A stretch of DNA of 64,000 bases from an uncultured Eubacteriales bacterium (GTDB lineage: Bacteria; Bacillota; Clostridia; Christensenellales; CAG-917): the NCBI GenBank assembly GCA_900322215.1, contig ONYW01000004.1, forward strand, positions 1,015 through 65,014. The letters are read 5' to 3'. Both the position numbers and the translations under genes were made by a program. Each line of letters begins with the position of its first letter. Position 1 is the first letter of the stretch. Positions 35,401-43,918 of this stretch are shown here, in pieces. The notes below the pieces were generated by a model, which was not told the origin of the DNA, made no database searches, and worked only from the letters and a program-made list of their open reading frames with translations.

Positions 35401-36725
35401 TCTACCTCTCCGGCGAAGCGGCAACTTCTGTCGAAAGCGGTATGTTCACAATTGGAAATCCGTCTTCCGACTGGACAAAATACACCTTCTTCGTCAAAGT
35501 CGGTCCGACAAGCGTTTCACTCAGCCTCAACCTCTGGCTCGGCTATGACAACAAACTCGTCGGCCTCGACAGTGCGGACGACGCAAAATCCGCAGGCGCA
35601 GTCTTCTTTGACAACATCATCAAGAAGTCCGTTTCCGAAAGCGACTTTGCCGCTGCAGAGGAAGCAATAGAAGCAGGCGACACAAAGACCAAGGCTATCT
35701 CCTTTGTCACAGACAGTTTCGACTCCTTGTCCGACACGGTTGAATCGAGAGCACAACTCTCCTCCGCAAACGGCTGGAGCGGTGCGGCAGGAACGGATCA
35801 AACCTCTTCCAACACGAAGTCGGGCGTCATCTATGCCGACTCCAACTTCTACTCGGTGAACGCTGTCGACGGCACGGACTATGTCGGAATCCTCGGCAAG
35901 GCGTACGTCATCGACGACATCACCCTCACCCCTGAAGAGGCTGAAGGCAAGACGGAAGAAGAACAACTCGCTTTGAGAGAAGAAAAACTCCTTGCTCTCA
36001 AAAAGGCGAATTGGCTCCCTGTCTCTTCCCTTACGGCGCACAGCGGAAAGAACCTCCTCGTCATCAACAACATGGAGAAATCCGCTTACACCTACACAAG
36101 CAACACGCGTACGCTTGATGCGACGAGTTTCTACAAGGTCAGCGTTTGGGCAAAGACGTTCGGCATGAACGACGACGCGGACTGCGGCGCGTATATCGAA
36201 CTCTATCTCGGCTCCGCAAACGAAACGGACAACCCGCTCGTCTTCAAAGCACAAGCGCAAGCGGAGTGGACGGAATATACGTTCTTTGTCAAGACTCTCT
36301 CAAAGAGCGTCACAAGTGTGACCGTAAAACTCGGTCTCGGTTCGGTCGTCAAGACGGACGACGCGACGACAGGTCTCACATCCGGCTATGCGTTCTTCGA
36401 TGACGTGACGCTTGAAAAGACGACGGAAGCCGAATACGAAGCGGCAAAAGAATCCGCATCGGCAACAGTCCTCGCTCGCGAAGTCAAAGAGGCGGAGGAA
36501 GAAGAGACCCCCGACACCCCGGACGATACGACGCCTGAAAAGAAATTCAACCTTGAATATCTCTGGTGGATGATTCCGACGATTATACTTGCCGTTCTCA
36601 TCATCATCGTTGTGATCGTGTTCCTCTTCAAGAAGATAAGAAAGCCACACAAGAAAGAGGCTTCAAACTCTTCCAAAGAGACGCTCGCAAAGAAGCGTTC
36701 AAGATATGACGACAACAAGGAATAA
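32412..36725 (+). CDS. 1437-aa envelope protein with five CBM4/9-like (jelly-roll) repeats, an N-terminal lipoprotein signal and a C-terminal TM anchor
   Basis: Lipobox LFVAC-NK. Five modules each open with YYKLSVDVLTYD / VYAISANVFTYG / FYRLSLWVKTVD / IYSVSVFVKGMG / FYKVSVWAKTFG. Each has a central W(K/T)xY(T/E)FF and closes with YAFFDNVVLEKL / WVFVDSVSLAEI / AAFVSNMSLTSI / AVFFDNIIKKSV / YAFFDDVTLEKT. C-terminus WWMIPTIILAVLIIIVVIVFLFKKIRK. The ORF itself is solid; the function call is weak. Confidence 0.6.
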   Translation: MNKKKFLVLAILMVALIVLSSALFVACNKNDAQTDSDTPSEESETIEPTEGLLIANSDFKVVSTDTESYPRTITSWSGAKTYSSGSYESGVIAGAISLEEALYAANKSTWKDTDDKGLYAKLTAGGRYGDDDKIKHALMIYMPKADESTDSAKYGPTAYGYTSASFTIAAHAYYKLSVDVLTYDIAGDSSNSSNVPGARIYLSSDTYAVFDKIDTKGEWKTYELFIEGSASASSSLTLNLSLGNYSSTYRDGLTTGYAFFDNVVLEKLDNATAASDYAAAVERELNDNTYVQTNTLKMPNGRFDFGTTTLSSTSAPSNWSAVTGNKSEDDPAPTSLGYNAVIDASKFSEKYNTYSSTYYLKADADSDATSYVPAKELSAIETLIGTLPANSIGTNVFMLSQQLMTASGIRSSKQITIERNKVYAISANVFTYGVHGAGASLVLTGADGKDITIKGISANVSDNALIGSTSISADDGYVIDSNVPGASTMGWKTYTFYVIGDDYKDYNYNVAIWLGTDGTSKNTAVSYKSYSSGSGSSNSTTYTANGTFANGWVFVDSVSLAEIAESDIPAATDGVEYAGADQILDLTAAGKSDYVGICVDLSTENIFSNAGNGNDLTIGNAGTGTQIEGNGTTQAGVPNGWKSNFDVTSSSSPVISGGIVTDGLVQIDTEDSFTQSSGKGTYPGMPYDIETKTAYMMHASKDAYYEVETAPFEISANGFYRLSLWVKTVDVKSTSGVYVYLLDEEGTTVSSFTAVNTKDSNEYTSDWRELTFVIRGSKEAAENFHLKFTLGTGDRWTANTLTSGAAFVSNMSLTSINYKTFSGTTTGTYVKSIDRTSSSTYTFTNGSFDEYKLDDDKLDPTKALKDQSVLANPTSWTISDDTLKPNSSDSKLVAGVFALENQDRNLYFNHSAQTSAAFSLVSAGDFDAFYGDESADTYLSSANLDTIGGPNVLAIASNDSAEKYAVGYASSKFTLSSNGIYSVSVFVKGMGAEKASIYLSGEAATSVESGMFTIGNPSSDWTKYTFFVKVGPTSVSLSLNLWLGYDNKLVGLDSADDAKSAGAVFFDNIIKKSVSESDFAAAEEAIEAGDTKTKAISFVTDSFDSLSDTVESRAQLSSANGWSGAAGTDQTSSNTKSGVIYADSNFYSVNAVDGTDYVGILGKAYVIDDITLTPEEAEGKTEEEQLALREEKLLALKKANWLPVSSLTAHSGKNLLVINNMEKSAYTYTSNTRTLDATSFYKVSVWAKTFGMNDDADCGAYIELYLGSANETDNPLVFKAQAQAEWTEYTFFVKTLSKSVTSVTVKLGLGSVVKTDDATTGLTSGYAFFDDVTLEKTTEAEYEAAKESASATVLAREVKEAEEEETPDTPDDTTPEKKFNLEYLWWMIPTIILAVLIIIVVIVFLFKKIRKPHKKEASNSSKETLAKKRSRYDDNKE

Positions 36726-36742
36726 TCTTTGCTAAAACAAAA

Positions 36743-36773
36743 AGCGTACGGTCCACACCGTACGCTTTTTTTA
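36743..36773 (+). terminator. Intrinsic terminator after the giant gene
   Basis: AGCGTACGG-tccaca-CCGTACGCT followed by T7. Confidence 0.8.
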
Positions 36774-36888
36774 TACACTTTGCGGAGCCATATACACCCC
36801 TGCGTATTGATTATTACAGCACAAATGCCGATGATATGCAAGTCTTTTATCTTATGAATATAACGCGAATATTCTCATACAATTTTGT

Positions 36889-38466
36889 ATGAACAAAACG
36901 GCAAAGTCCTTCTCTATCGTCACAGGGTTTTCAATTCTTACGCGCCTCGTAGGCTTTCTCTACAAAATTTGGATGTCGCGCGCGCTCGGAGCCGAGACCG
37001 TCGGCGTGTATCATATTGCCACAAGCGTAATCTTTATGCTCTTCACCTTGACCGCAGGGGCGCCGACCGTACTCTCGCGCAAGGTGGCGGAGGCGGTGGC
37101 AAATGGCGACTCGAAGCGCGCAAACGCACTTGCCTGCGCGTCTATGCTCATAGGACTCACGACCGCGGGCGTGCTTGTCGCCCTCTCTCTTGTTCTTAAA
37201 TCCCACCTCGGGATTATCTTTTCCAACCCCGACTGCATCCCGATTTTTCTCATACTCACGCCGACTCTCGTCACTTCCACGCTGTACGCGTCGCTGAGAA
37301 GTTGGTTTTGGGGACACAAAAAGTTCGTGTCCTTCTCATCCACCGAACTCCTTGACGAAGTGACAAAACTCATACTCTCAGTCGTCTTTGCGGGCGGTAT
37401 AACCTCGTTTTGTTCGCCGTCGCAGGGCGTCGCGCTTGCGATGACCATCTCCGATTTCGTGTGCGTCGTCGTGCTTGCCGTCATGTTTTTCACAGCTGGC
37501 GGCCGAATGGCAAAGCCGAGCGGTTTTAAGGAACTTTTGAAGAGTATGATTCCGCTCTCCGCCACCCGCATACTCACCTCGACCACGCTCTCTCTCGTTG
37601 CGCTCGTGATACCGAAACTCCTCGCCTCGTCCGGGCTTAGCATGGCGGAAGCCACGGCGGAATACGGAAGAGTCGCAGGCATGGCGCTCCCGCTCATTAT
37701 GGCTCCTATCACGCTCGTTTCATCCCTCTCTATAGTGTTCATTCCCGATGTCGCCGGACTGCGCGCACAAGGCAAGATGTCGGAACTAAGAGGCAAACTC
37801 TCCACTCTCACCCTATTTTCGCTCATAATCGCCGCCACTTTCTTTGCGCTGTATCTACCGCTTGGCGAGGGGCTTGGCGAACTGCTCTTTAAGGACGCGG
37901 AGGCGGGTAAGTACGTGTCGTACTGCTCCGTTCTTCTCTTCCCCGTCGCACTTGCAAACGCCACGACTCCTATGCTCAACTCGCTTGGCAAGGAAAAGAA
38001 TACGCTCATCACAACGGTCGCGGGAGGCGTCGTGTGCCTGCCCCTCATACTCCTCACAAAAGTGATAGGCTCGTACGCTATCGCTCTTTGCAGCGGAACC
38101 TGCTTTCTTGTCACGGCGATTCTCAATTGTATCGTTTTGCACAAAGAAATCGGCTCGTTTGCCGACGCAAAAAAGTGCCTCGTCCTTATCTTGCTCTTCC
38201 TGCCTCTTGCAATAAGCGGCTACTTTGGAGAGCGACTGCTCGGTGCGGTCGTCGGCAACGTGACTTCCGTTATCGTCATATCCGTCTACACACTTTTCTT
38301 TGCGTTCCTGCTGATAAACGCCTTTGACATCGTGGACGTCGTAGGCTTTTTGCGGTTGTTAAAGCCCGCAAAAGTCACCCTGCACCGTTCTCCCTCGGGC
38401 GAAAAGCACAACAAAAATCCGCTTGGTACGAGACGTACGAAGAGGCTTTCAAGGCGGGCGAGGTGA
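36889..38466 (+). CDS. MOP-superfamily oligosaccharide flippase (SpoVB/MurJ-like)
   Basis: About 14 TM helices. The N-terminus SIVTGFSILTRLVGFLYKIWMSRALGAETVGVY is typical of SpoVB / polysaccharide biosynthesis proteins. Confidence 0.75.
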   Translation: MNKTAKSFSIVTGFSILTRLVGFLYKIWMSRALGAETVGVYHIATSVIFMLFTLTAGAPTVLSRKVAEAVANGDSKRANALACASMLIGLTTAGVLVALSLVLKSHLGIIFSNPDCIPIFLILTPTLVTSTLYASLRSWFWGHKKFVSFSSTELLDEVTKLILSVVFAGGITSFCSPSQGVALAMTISDFVCVVVLAVMFFTAGGRMAKPSGFKELLKSMIPLSATRILTSTTLSLVALVIPKLLASSGLSMAEATAEYGRVAGMALPLIMAPITLVSSLSIVFIPDVAGLRAQGKMSELRGKLSTLTLFSLIIAATFFALYLPLGEGLGELLFKDAEAGKYVSYCSVLLFPVALANATTPMLNSLGKEKNTLITTVAGGVVCLPLILLTKVIGSYAIALCSGTCFLVTAILNCIVLHKEIGSFADAKKCLVLILLFLPLAISGYFGERLLGAVVGNVTSVIVISVYTLFFAFLLINAFDIVDVVGFLRLLKPAKVTLHRSPSGEKHNKNPLGTRRTKRLSRRAR

Positions 38467-38514
38467 TTTTGTTCCGCCACGCATATTTTCATCCGTCTGC
38501 AACAAACTACCTGT

Positions 38515-39264
38515 ATGCTGAACTTGTTTTTGAGATGTATCATCTTGTATACGTTCCTGCTCATCGCAATGAGGCTTATGGGCAAGCGACAACTCGGCGA
38601 ATTGCAACCGTTTGAACTTGCTATTACGCTCGTCGCAAGCGACCTCGTGTGCATACCGATGGCGGACGCTTCGATTCCTATAATCTACGGACTTATTCCT
38701 GTTTTTACGCTTTTCCTCGTGCATATTCTCACGACGAAACTCGCGACGAAGAGCGTGCGTTTTAGAAAATTCTTGAACGGAAAACCCGTCATTTTGATAG
38801 AAAAAGGCAACGTCCTCCCCTCCGTCATGAAAGAACTCAATATGACGGTGGACGACGTTATGGAGGCACTCCGCTCAAACGGCTACTTCAATCCGAGCGA
38901 CGTTGAGTATGCGATACTTGAGACAAACGGCAGTATGACAGTCCTGCCAAAGAGCGAAACGAGACCTTGTACGCCAAGCGATTTGGGCGTCAAAGTCTCC
39001 CCTGCGTTCTTGCCGGTAACGGTGATTATGGAGGGGGACTTTATCGGTGACAACGTCGCAAAGATCCCCTACGTCACAAAGGAGCGCGTGCTGAAATTTC
39101 TTGACAATAGGCATATAAAACAAACGGACGTGCTCATGATGCTTGTGTCGGGCGAGGACGTGTTCGTACAGCCCTACAAAGGCGAATTTTTGACGGCCAC
39201 GCTTGACCGTGACGAGGACGCAAAAGACGGCGTGCAAGTGCACGTTACGGGTGAAAACGCATGA
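38515..39264 (+). CDS. DUF421 (YetF-like) membrane protein
   Basis: LIAMRLMGKRQLGELQPFELAITLV and a C-terminal YetF-type domain. Confidence 0.75.
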   Translation: MLNLFLRCIILYTFLLIAMRLMGKRQLGELQPFELAITLVASDLVCIPMADASIPIIYGLIPVFTLFLVHILTTKLATKSVRFRKFLNGKPVILIEKGNVLPSVMKELNMTVDDVMEALRSNGYFNPSDVEYAILETNGSMTVLPKSETRPCTPSDLGVKVSPAFLPVTVIMEGDFIGDNVAKIPYVTKERVLKFLDNRHIKQTDVLMMLVSGEDVFVQPYKGEFLTATLDRDEDAKDGVQVHVTGENA

Positions 39265-39638
39265 AAAAGGTTATCGTTGCAATCGTCATCCTCGTCGCAA
39301 TTATTGTCGCGGGGATTCTTGAAGCGGTCTATATCGACAGGACGTTTGAAAAGATTCAAGAGGATTTGACAAACATAACGGAACAGGTGAAAAGCGAGGA
39401 CGAACAGGCGCTCAAAACGACGGAAGAATTTTGCGGTTGGTGGGAGAAAAAACGCGCTCATATAGAACTCTTTGCCTACTCGCCCGATCTTCGCTCCTTC
39501 TCTATTGCGCTCGCTGAGACAAAAGGCTCTATAGAGTGCGGCGACTATGCCAACGCGCTCTCAAAATGCGAATCTTTGAAAGTCATGGCGGGGAACATTC
39601 ACAACGTACTCGACTTCAACGGTCTCGACATCATTTGA
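39261..39638 (+). CDS. DUF4363-like small membrane-anchored protein
   Basis: ATGA overlap with the DUF421 gene. Single N-terminal TM helix plus a helical domain with WWEKKRAHIELF. Confidence 0.6.
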   Translation: MKKVIVAIVILVAIIVAGILEAVYIDRTFEKIQEDLTNITEQVKSEDEQALKTTEEFCGWWEKKRAHIELFAYSPDLRSFSIALAETKGSIECGDYANALSKCESLKVMAGNIHNVLDFNGLDII

Positions 39639-39680
39639 GTATTCTTGTTTTTCTCCTTGCGCATATCGGCAATTTGACAA

Positions 39681-39705
39681 ACGAGAACACCTGTTCTCGT
39701 TTTTT
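39681..39705 (+). terminator. Intrinsic terminator
   Basis: ACGAGAAC-acct-GTTCTCGT followed by TTTTT. Confidence 0.8.
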
Positions 39706-39766
39706 CAGCCTATCACTTGTTCATACGTGCTTTTCTTCTCATATTCATATATGAACACGTGTGCAT

Positions 39767-41095
39767 TCATTCAAATTTGTGCCTGAGTTCATAGATGTCG
39801 CCTGCTCCGACAAACAGAACAATACCGCAGTCTTTTGACATTATTTTTGCAAATTCGACACTTGACATAGCGTCTTTTGCAAGATAAACATGTTTTTGCG
39901 CATTTTTCGACAAAATTTTTGTCATTATACTGCCGCTGTCATATCGACTGTCATACGCCTCGCGAGCGGCATACGTCGGCACAAGTATGAGCGCGTCGAC
40001 GCACTCGGTCTCGGCAAAAACAGTTGCAAAGTCATCGAGGTATGCACGCGTGCGCGAATAGGTGTGCGGCTGAAAAACCACGAACGCTTTGCCATACTCG
40101 CTCGCTCTGTCAAGCACGTTTTTTATCTCGGTCGGATGATGCGCGAAGTCAAATACAACGGGTATTCCGTTCACCTCTCCGACTTTTTCAAACCTGCGTT
40201 TGACTCCGAGAAAGGTGTTGACAGCCTTTACCGAGTCGACGCACTTGACGCCGAGCGCGCTTGCCACCGCCACCGCAAATAGCGCGTTTTGTCTGTTATA
40301 CTCTCCCTGCAAATTTTTGCCGAAGTGTCCGACAAGCGCGTCGCTCGCGTAGACCTTGGCGCAGTCCTTTGACTCCGCATATTCAAAGAGAGTCGTTTCT
40401 CCCTCCCGCTCGACAGTCACTTTGTTTGCACCTGACGAAAACACGCGGATTTTCCCTTTCTTCAAAAACTCGTCGAACGCCTCTTCCACGCTCTCCCTTG
40501 TCGGGTAACTGTCGGGATGATCCCAGTCTTTGTTGAGCAAGACTGTGACGTCCGTGCGGAGAGTCAGCATGTGTCTTTTATATTCGCACGCTTCCGTGAC
40601 GAAGATGCGCTCGCCACACGCACTATTGTTGACAAAGTTTGAATAGTTTATAGCGTCGCCGCCTATCATAGCGACAAAATTTTTGTCCGCGCACGCAAGT
40701 ATGTGCGTGACCATAGATGTCACGGTCGTCTTCCCGTGCGAGCCGGCGATTCCGACGACTTTGTCAAACGTCTTTGCGACCTCAGCCAAAAACTCATGGC
40801 GTTCAAAGACGGGTATTCCGTTTGTCTTTGCAAACGCAAGTTCTTCGTTGTCGCTCTTTATCGCCGAAGTAAAGACGAGTGCGTCCGCGCCTTTAAGCGC
40901 CTGCACGTTTTCTCCCTCTTTTATATCGCACCCGCTCTCCAAAAGCTGTTTGCAAAAATCGCCTAACTTTCTGTCGCTGCCCGAAACGATCGCTCCTTGC
41001 GCCTTGCAAAACTTTGCAAGCGCGTTCACTCCTACGCCGTTTATTCCCACAAAATGTATATGCTTGCCGCCTAAATTTTCAAAGAAATTCCGCAT
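39767..41095 (-). CDS. murC: UDP-N-acetylmuramate--L-alanine ligase
   Basis: Start at MRNFFENLGGKHIHFVGINGVGVNALA. GIAGSHGKTTVTSM P-loop. Confidence 0.9.
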   Translation of the reverse strand: MRNFFENLGGKHIHFVGINGVGVNALAKFCKAQGAIVSGSDRKLGDFCKQLLESGCDIKEGENVQALKGADALVFTSAIKSDNEELAFAKTNGIPVFERHEFLAEVAKTFDKVVGIAGSHGKTTVTSMVTHILACADKNFVAMIGGDAINYSNFVNNSACGERIFVTEACEYKRHMLTLRTDVTVLLNKDWDHPDSYPTRESVEEAFDEFLKKGKIRVFSSGANKVTVEREGETTLFEYAESKDCAKVYASDALVGHFGKNLQGEYNRQNALFAVAVASALGVKCVDSVKAVNTFLGVKRRFEKVGEVNGIPVVFDFAHHPTEIKNVLDRASEYGKAFVVFQPHTYSRTRAYLDDFATVFAETECVDALILVPTYAAREAYDSRYDSGSIMTKILSKNAQKHVYLAKDAMSSVEFAKIMSKDCGIVLFVGAGDIYELRHKFE

Positions 41096-41118
41096 ATCAC
41101 AATATATGAATATATAAA

Positions 41119-41142
41119 CAAAAAAGCACACGAACGTGTGCT
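41119..41142 (-). terminator. Intrinsic terminator after the acyl-CoA ligase gene
   Basis: In minus sense, AGCACAC-gttc-GTGTGCT followed by T6. Confidence 0.7.
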
Positions 41143-41217
41143 GGATTTGTGTATATATGCCGTTTTGTCAATATGAACAAGTGAAAAGCATTTCAGATGC
41201 AAAAATGCCGATATGCG

Positions 41218-42744
41218 CTAGTTCCACCTCGCGGTCTCTTCCTCTTGGAGTTTTTTGACGTCCACCTTTCCCACTTGCGTTCTCGGGAAGGACTCGACCG
41301 TCTCGATAGTCCTCGGAATACTCCACTGCGACAACTTTTTGCCGATATGAGCCTTGATTCTCGCCTGCTCGTCTATGGAAAGTTTTTCCTCGACAAGGAG
41401 TTTGATATACGTCTTCCCTCCCCTTCGGCTCTCGATCGCGACACAGTCCTTGATTATGCCGAGTTCCTGCGCGGTTCTCTCGATTTCGTTCGGGAATACG
41501 TTCATGCCCGAGATCTTGATAAGGCGTTTTTTTCTGCCGAGGAAGAAGAGGTGTCCCGCCTCGTCCGTCCTGAAGAGGTCGCCTGTTCTCAGCCACTTTT
41601 TGCCGTTTACGATGACTATCGTACGAAGAGTCGTCTCTTCGTCTCCAAGATATTCCGTCATCATTTGCGGAGTTGAAACGATAAGTTCGCCCGCCTCGCC
41701 AACAGGAACTTGATTGAGCACGTCGTCGACTATCATTGTGTCCACGCCTTGAATGGCAAATCCGAGAGAGCCTTCTCTGTAGCCGTCGAGCGTGAGCGCG
41801 CAAACGGACACCGTTTCTGTCAGTCCGTAGCCGGGAGACAGCACCGCGTGTGCGCCCGCCTCTTTTATTCTTTCGTCAAACTCCTTGACAAGTTCGGGTC
41901 CGACGCTGTCACCGCCGACAAAGACGTCTGTGAGGTGCGCGATATTCTTGCCCGAAAAGCCCTTTTCTTGAAGGAGCAGTTGCACCATGCGAGGCACGGC
42001 TGCGATTGTCGTAACGTGGTTTTTGCCAATGGATTCGACAATCTTTTTCGGCTTGAAAATCGGCTCTAAGACGAGCGCCATATTCGTGCAAGCGGCGGCG
42101 TGTACACCGACGCAAAAGCCAAAACCGTGGAACATAGGCAACACCACAAGCATAGCATTGTCCTTGTGATATTTGTCGCCGAGGCTCATAAGGAGATTGC
42201 CCGCCATAGCGTTTGCCGCCCTGTGTGACAGGACGACGTCCTTCGGCTCGCCGGACGTACCGCCCGAGTGCATATAAAACATGGCGTCGTTGCCGTCGCC
42301 CTTGTACTCCTCATACGTCGTGCCCCTCGGAAGTCCCGTGTAGGAATAGCGAAGCATGGAGCAAAAGATGACTTTTGCGCCCTTGCACTCGCTCCTGTAC
42401 TCGGCGAGGTTAACCTCTGACAAGAAGACTACCTTCGGAGACTGTTTTTTGAATGATTTTGCAAATTGTTCCCCGGAAAGTTTCGGGTGAATCATAGACG
42501 CGATCGCGCCGAGTTTTGCAAGCGCATAAACTGCGACAACCGCTTGAATTATGTTCGGAAGAGCGACCATACACACGTCGCCTTTTCTAACGCCCAAGGC
42601 GTAGAGACCTGCGGCAACGCGGTCTATCTCGTCAAAAAACTCCTTGTAATTCATTTTGCGACTACCACGAACGACCGCCAGTCCGCTGTCGTCTTTTTTG
42701 TGAAAATCGCGCATGAAATTGAATAAAGAAGTCTGTATATTCAT
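41218..42744 (-). CDS. AMP-dependent acyl-CoA synthetase/ligase
   Basis: AMP-binding motif MHSGGTSGEPKDV, plus YGLTE and GDLFRTDEAGHLFFLGRKKRLIK. The start is uncertain (42744 or 42762). Confidence 0.85.
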   Translation of the reverse strand: MNIQTSLFNFMRDFHKKDDSGLAVVRGSRKMNYKEFFDEIDRVAAGLYALGVRKGDVCMVALPNIIQAVVAVYALAKLGAIASMIHPKLSGEQFAKSFKKQSPKVVFLSEVNLAEYRSECKGAKVIFCSMLRYSYTGLPRGTTYEEYKGDGNDAMFYMHSGGTSGEPKDVVLSHRAANAMAGNLLMSLGDKYHKDNAMLVVLPMFHGFGFCVGVHAAACTNMALVLEPIFKPKKIVESIGKNHVTTIAAVPRMVQLLLQEKGFSGKNIAHLTDVFVGGDSVGPELVKEFDERIKEAGAHAVLSPGYGLTETVSVCALTLDGYREGSLGFAIQGVDTMIVDDVLNQVPVGEAGELIVSTPQMMTEYLGDEETTLRTIVIVNGKKWLRTGDLFRTDEAGHLFFLGRKKRLIKISGMNVFPNEIERTAQELGIIKDCVAIESRRGGKTYIKLLVEEKLSIDEQARIKAHIGKKLSQWSIPRTIETVESFPRTQVGKVDVKKLQEEETARWN

Positions 42745-42891
42745 AACGTGACAATTATACAATATGTCGAAAAAATCGTCAACTTTTTGACAGGCATATT
42801 GCCGAGATTAAAAATTTTTTGAAAGAAATCCGACACTTGTGTATAAACCCCGAGCGTTGCGGCAATAATTCAGGCAAATCGGAGGTACTAC

Positions 42892-43557
42892 ATGAACAAA
42901 TTCACTCTTGCACTAAAACGCTTTGGCGGGTTTTTGAAGCGCAACGCTTTCTATCTTCTCATCATACTCTGCATAGCCTCGATCGCGACGGTTATCGCAC
43001 TCGCAGTCACACGAAACGCGAATACTGCGTCGGAGGATCTGAGCGTAATAAACACCGAGCCGAACGAGCAAAATCCAAACGAGCAAGCAAACGCGGGCGA
43101 ACAGCAGCCTACTGAAAAAGAGCCCGAACCGGTCGTAAAAACTCTCACGTTTATTAAGCCTACAAACGGCGAAATTCTCAGAGAATATTCCGACACAGTA
43201 CTCGTATGGTCCAGCACATTGAAGCAATATTCGACTCACCTCGGCACGGACTTCACGTCGACGGACGGCAACGTCTTTGCTTCGGCGGACGGCGCGGTCA
43301 AAGAGGTTGGCTACAACGTACTTGACGGCAACTATATCACCCTCACGCACGGCGACGGCTACGTCACGAAATATATGAGTTTAGAGACTCTCCCGACGCT
43401 CAAAGTCGGCGCGCAAGTCAAGCAAGGCGAACTCATCGGCAAGATGTCGACGACTCAAGGAAGCGAATCGAAAGACGGCAACCACCTGCACTTTGAAATG
43501 TACAAAAACAACGTACAAATCAACCCGCTCGACGTATTTATACTCGAAGAAAAATAA
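42892..43557 (+). CDS. M23-family (LytM-type) peptidase with an N-terminal TM anchor
   Basis: HLGTDF and GNHLHFEM zinc-ligand motifs. Confidence 0.85.
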   Translation: MNKFTLALKRFGGFLKRNAFYLLIILCIASIATVIALAVTRNANTASEDLSVINTEPNEQNPNEQANAGEQQPTEKEPEPVVKTLTFIKPTNGEILREYSDTVLVWSSTLKQYSTHLGTDFTSTDGNVFASADGAVKEVGYNVLDGNYITLTHGDGYVTKYMSLETLPTLKVGAQVKQGELIGKMSTTQGSESKDGNHLHFEMYKNNVQINPLDVFILEEK

Positions 43558-43585
43558 CATAGGCACTCATAATCTTCCCCCAAAG

Positions 43586-43616
43586 AAAGAGACAGGACAA
43601 TATGTCCTGTCTCTTT
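43586..43616 (+). terminator. Hairpin terminator after the M23 peptidase gene
   Basis: Perfect 13-bp stem AAAGAGACAGGAC-aatat-GTCCTGTCTCTTT. Confidence 0.7.
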
Positions 43617-43619
43617 CAA

Positions 43620-43918
43620 TGATATCCGCTTGCGCGGATGAGATTTTGCTTTCGCAAGATGATATCCAAACTCCGTTTGGGTTGTGGAAAAATTTTGTTT
43701 TCGTCCACACTCATCTATCAAACACACGAAGTGTGCAGATGATATCTTGCTTTCGCAAGACGATATCCAAACTTCGTTTGGATTGCGGAGAAATTTTATT
43801 TTTTTATACTTCGACTATCAAACACACGAAGTGTGCGCTTGTCATATTTGCCTTGTTCAAATTGAAAAGCATTTTATCTTCTGCCTGCACTCATCTATCA
43901 TACACGCGAAGCGTGTTA
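43620..43918. repeat. Degenerate tandem repeat (about 100, 100 and 80 nt) built from small hairpins
   Basis: The 20-mer TATCAAACACACGAAGTGTG occurs at 43716-43735 and 43816-43835, exactly 100 nt apart, with a variant at 43896-43916. CTTGCtttcGCAAGA and ATCCAAACtyCGTTTGGrT each occur twice. Confidence 0.8.

Noticed and set aside
35517-36260. 247-aa minus-strand ORF, and other ORFs of 60-170 aa inside 32412-36725
   Set aside because: All are nested in or antisense to the 1437-aa ORF, whose five-fold protein repeat structure identifies the true frame.
37011-38144. 377-aa minus-strand ORF
   Set aside because: Antisense to the 14-TM flippase gene. The Ser/Ala/Val-rich translation mirrors the hydrophobic codons of the true frame.
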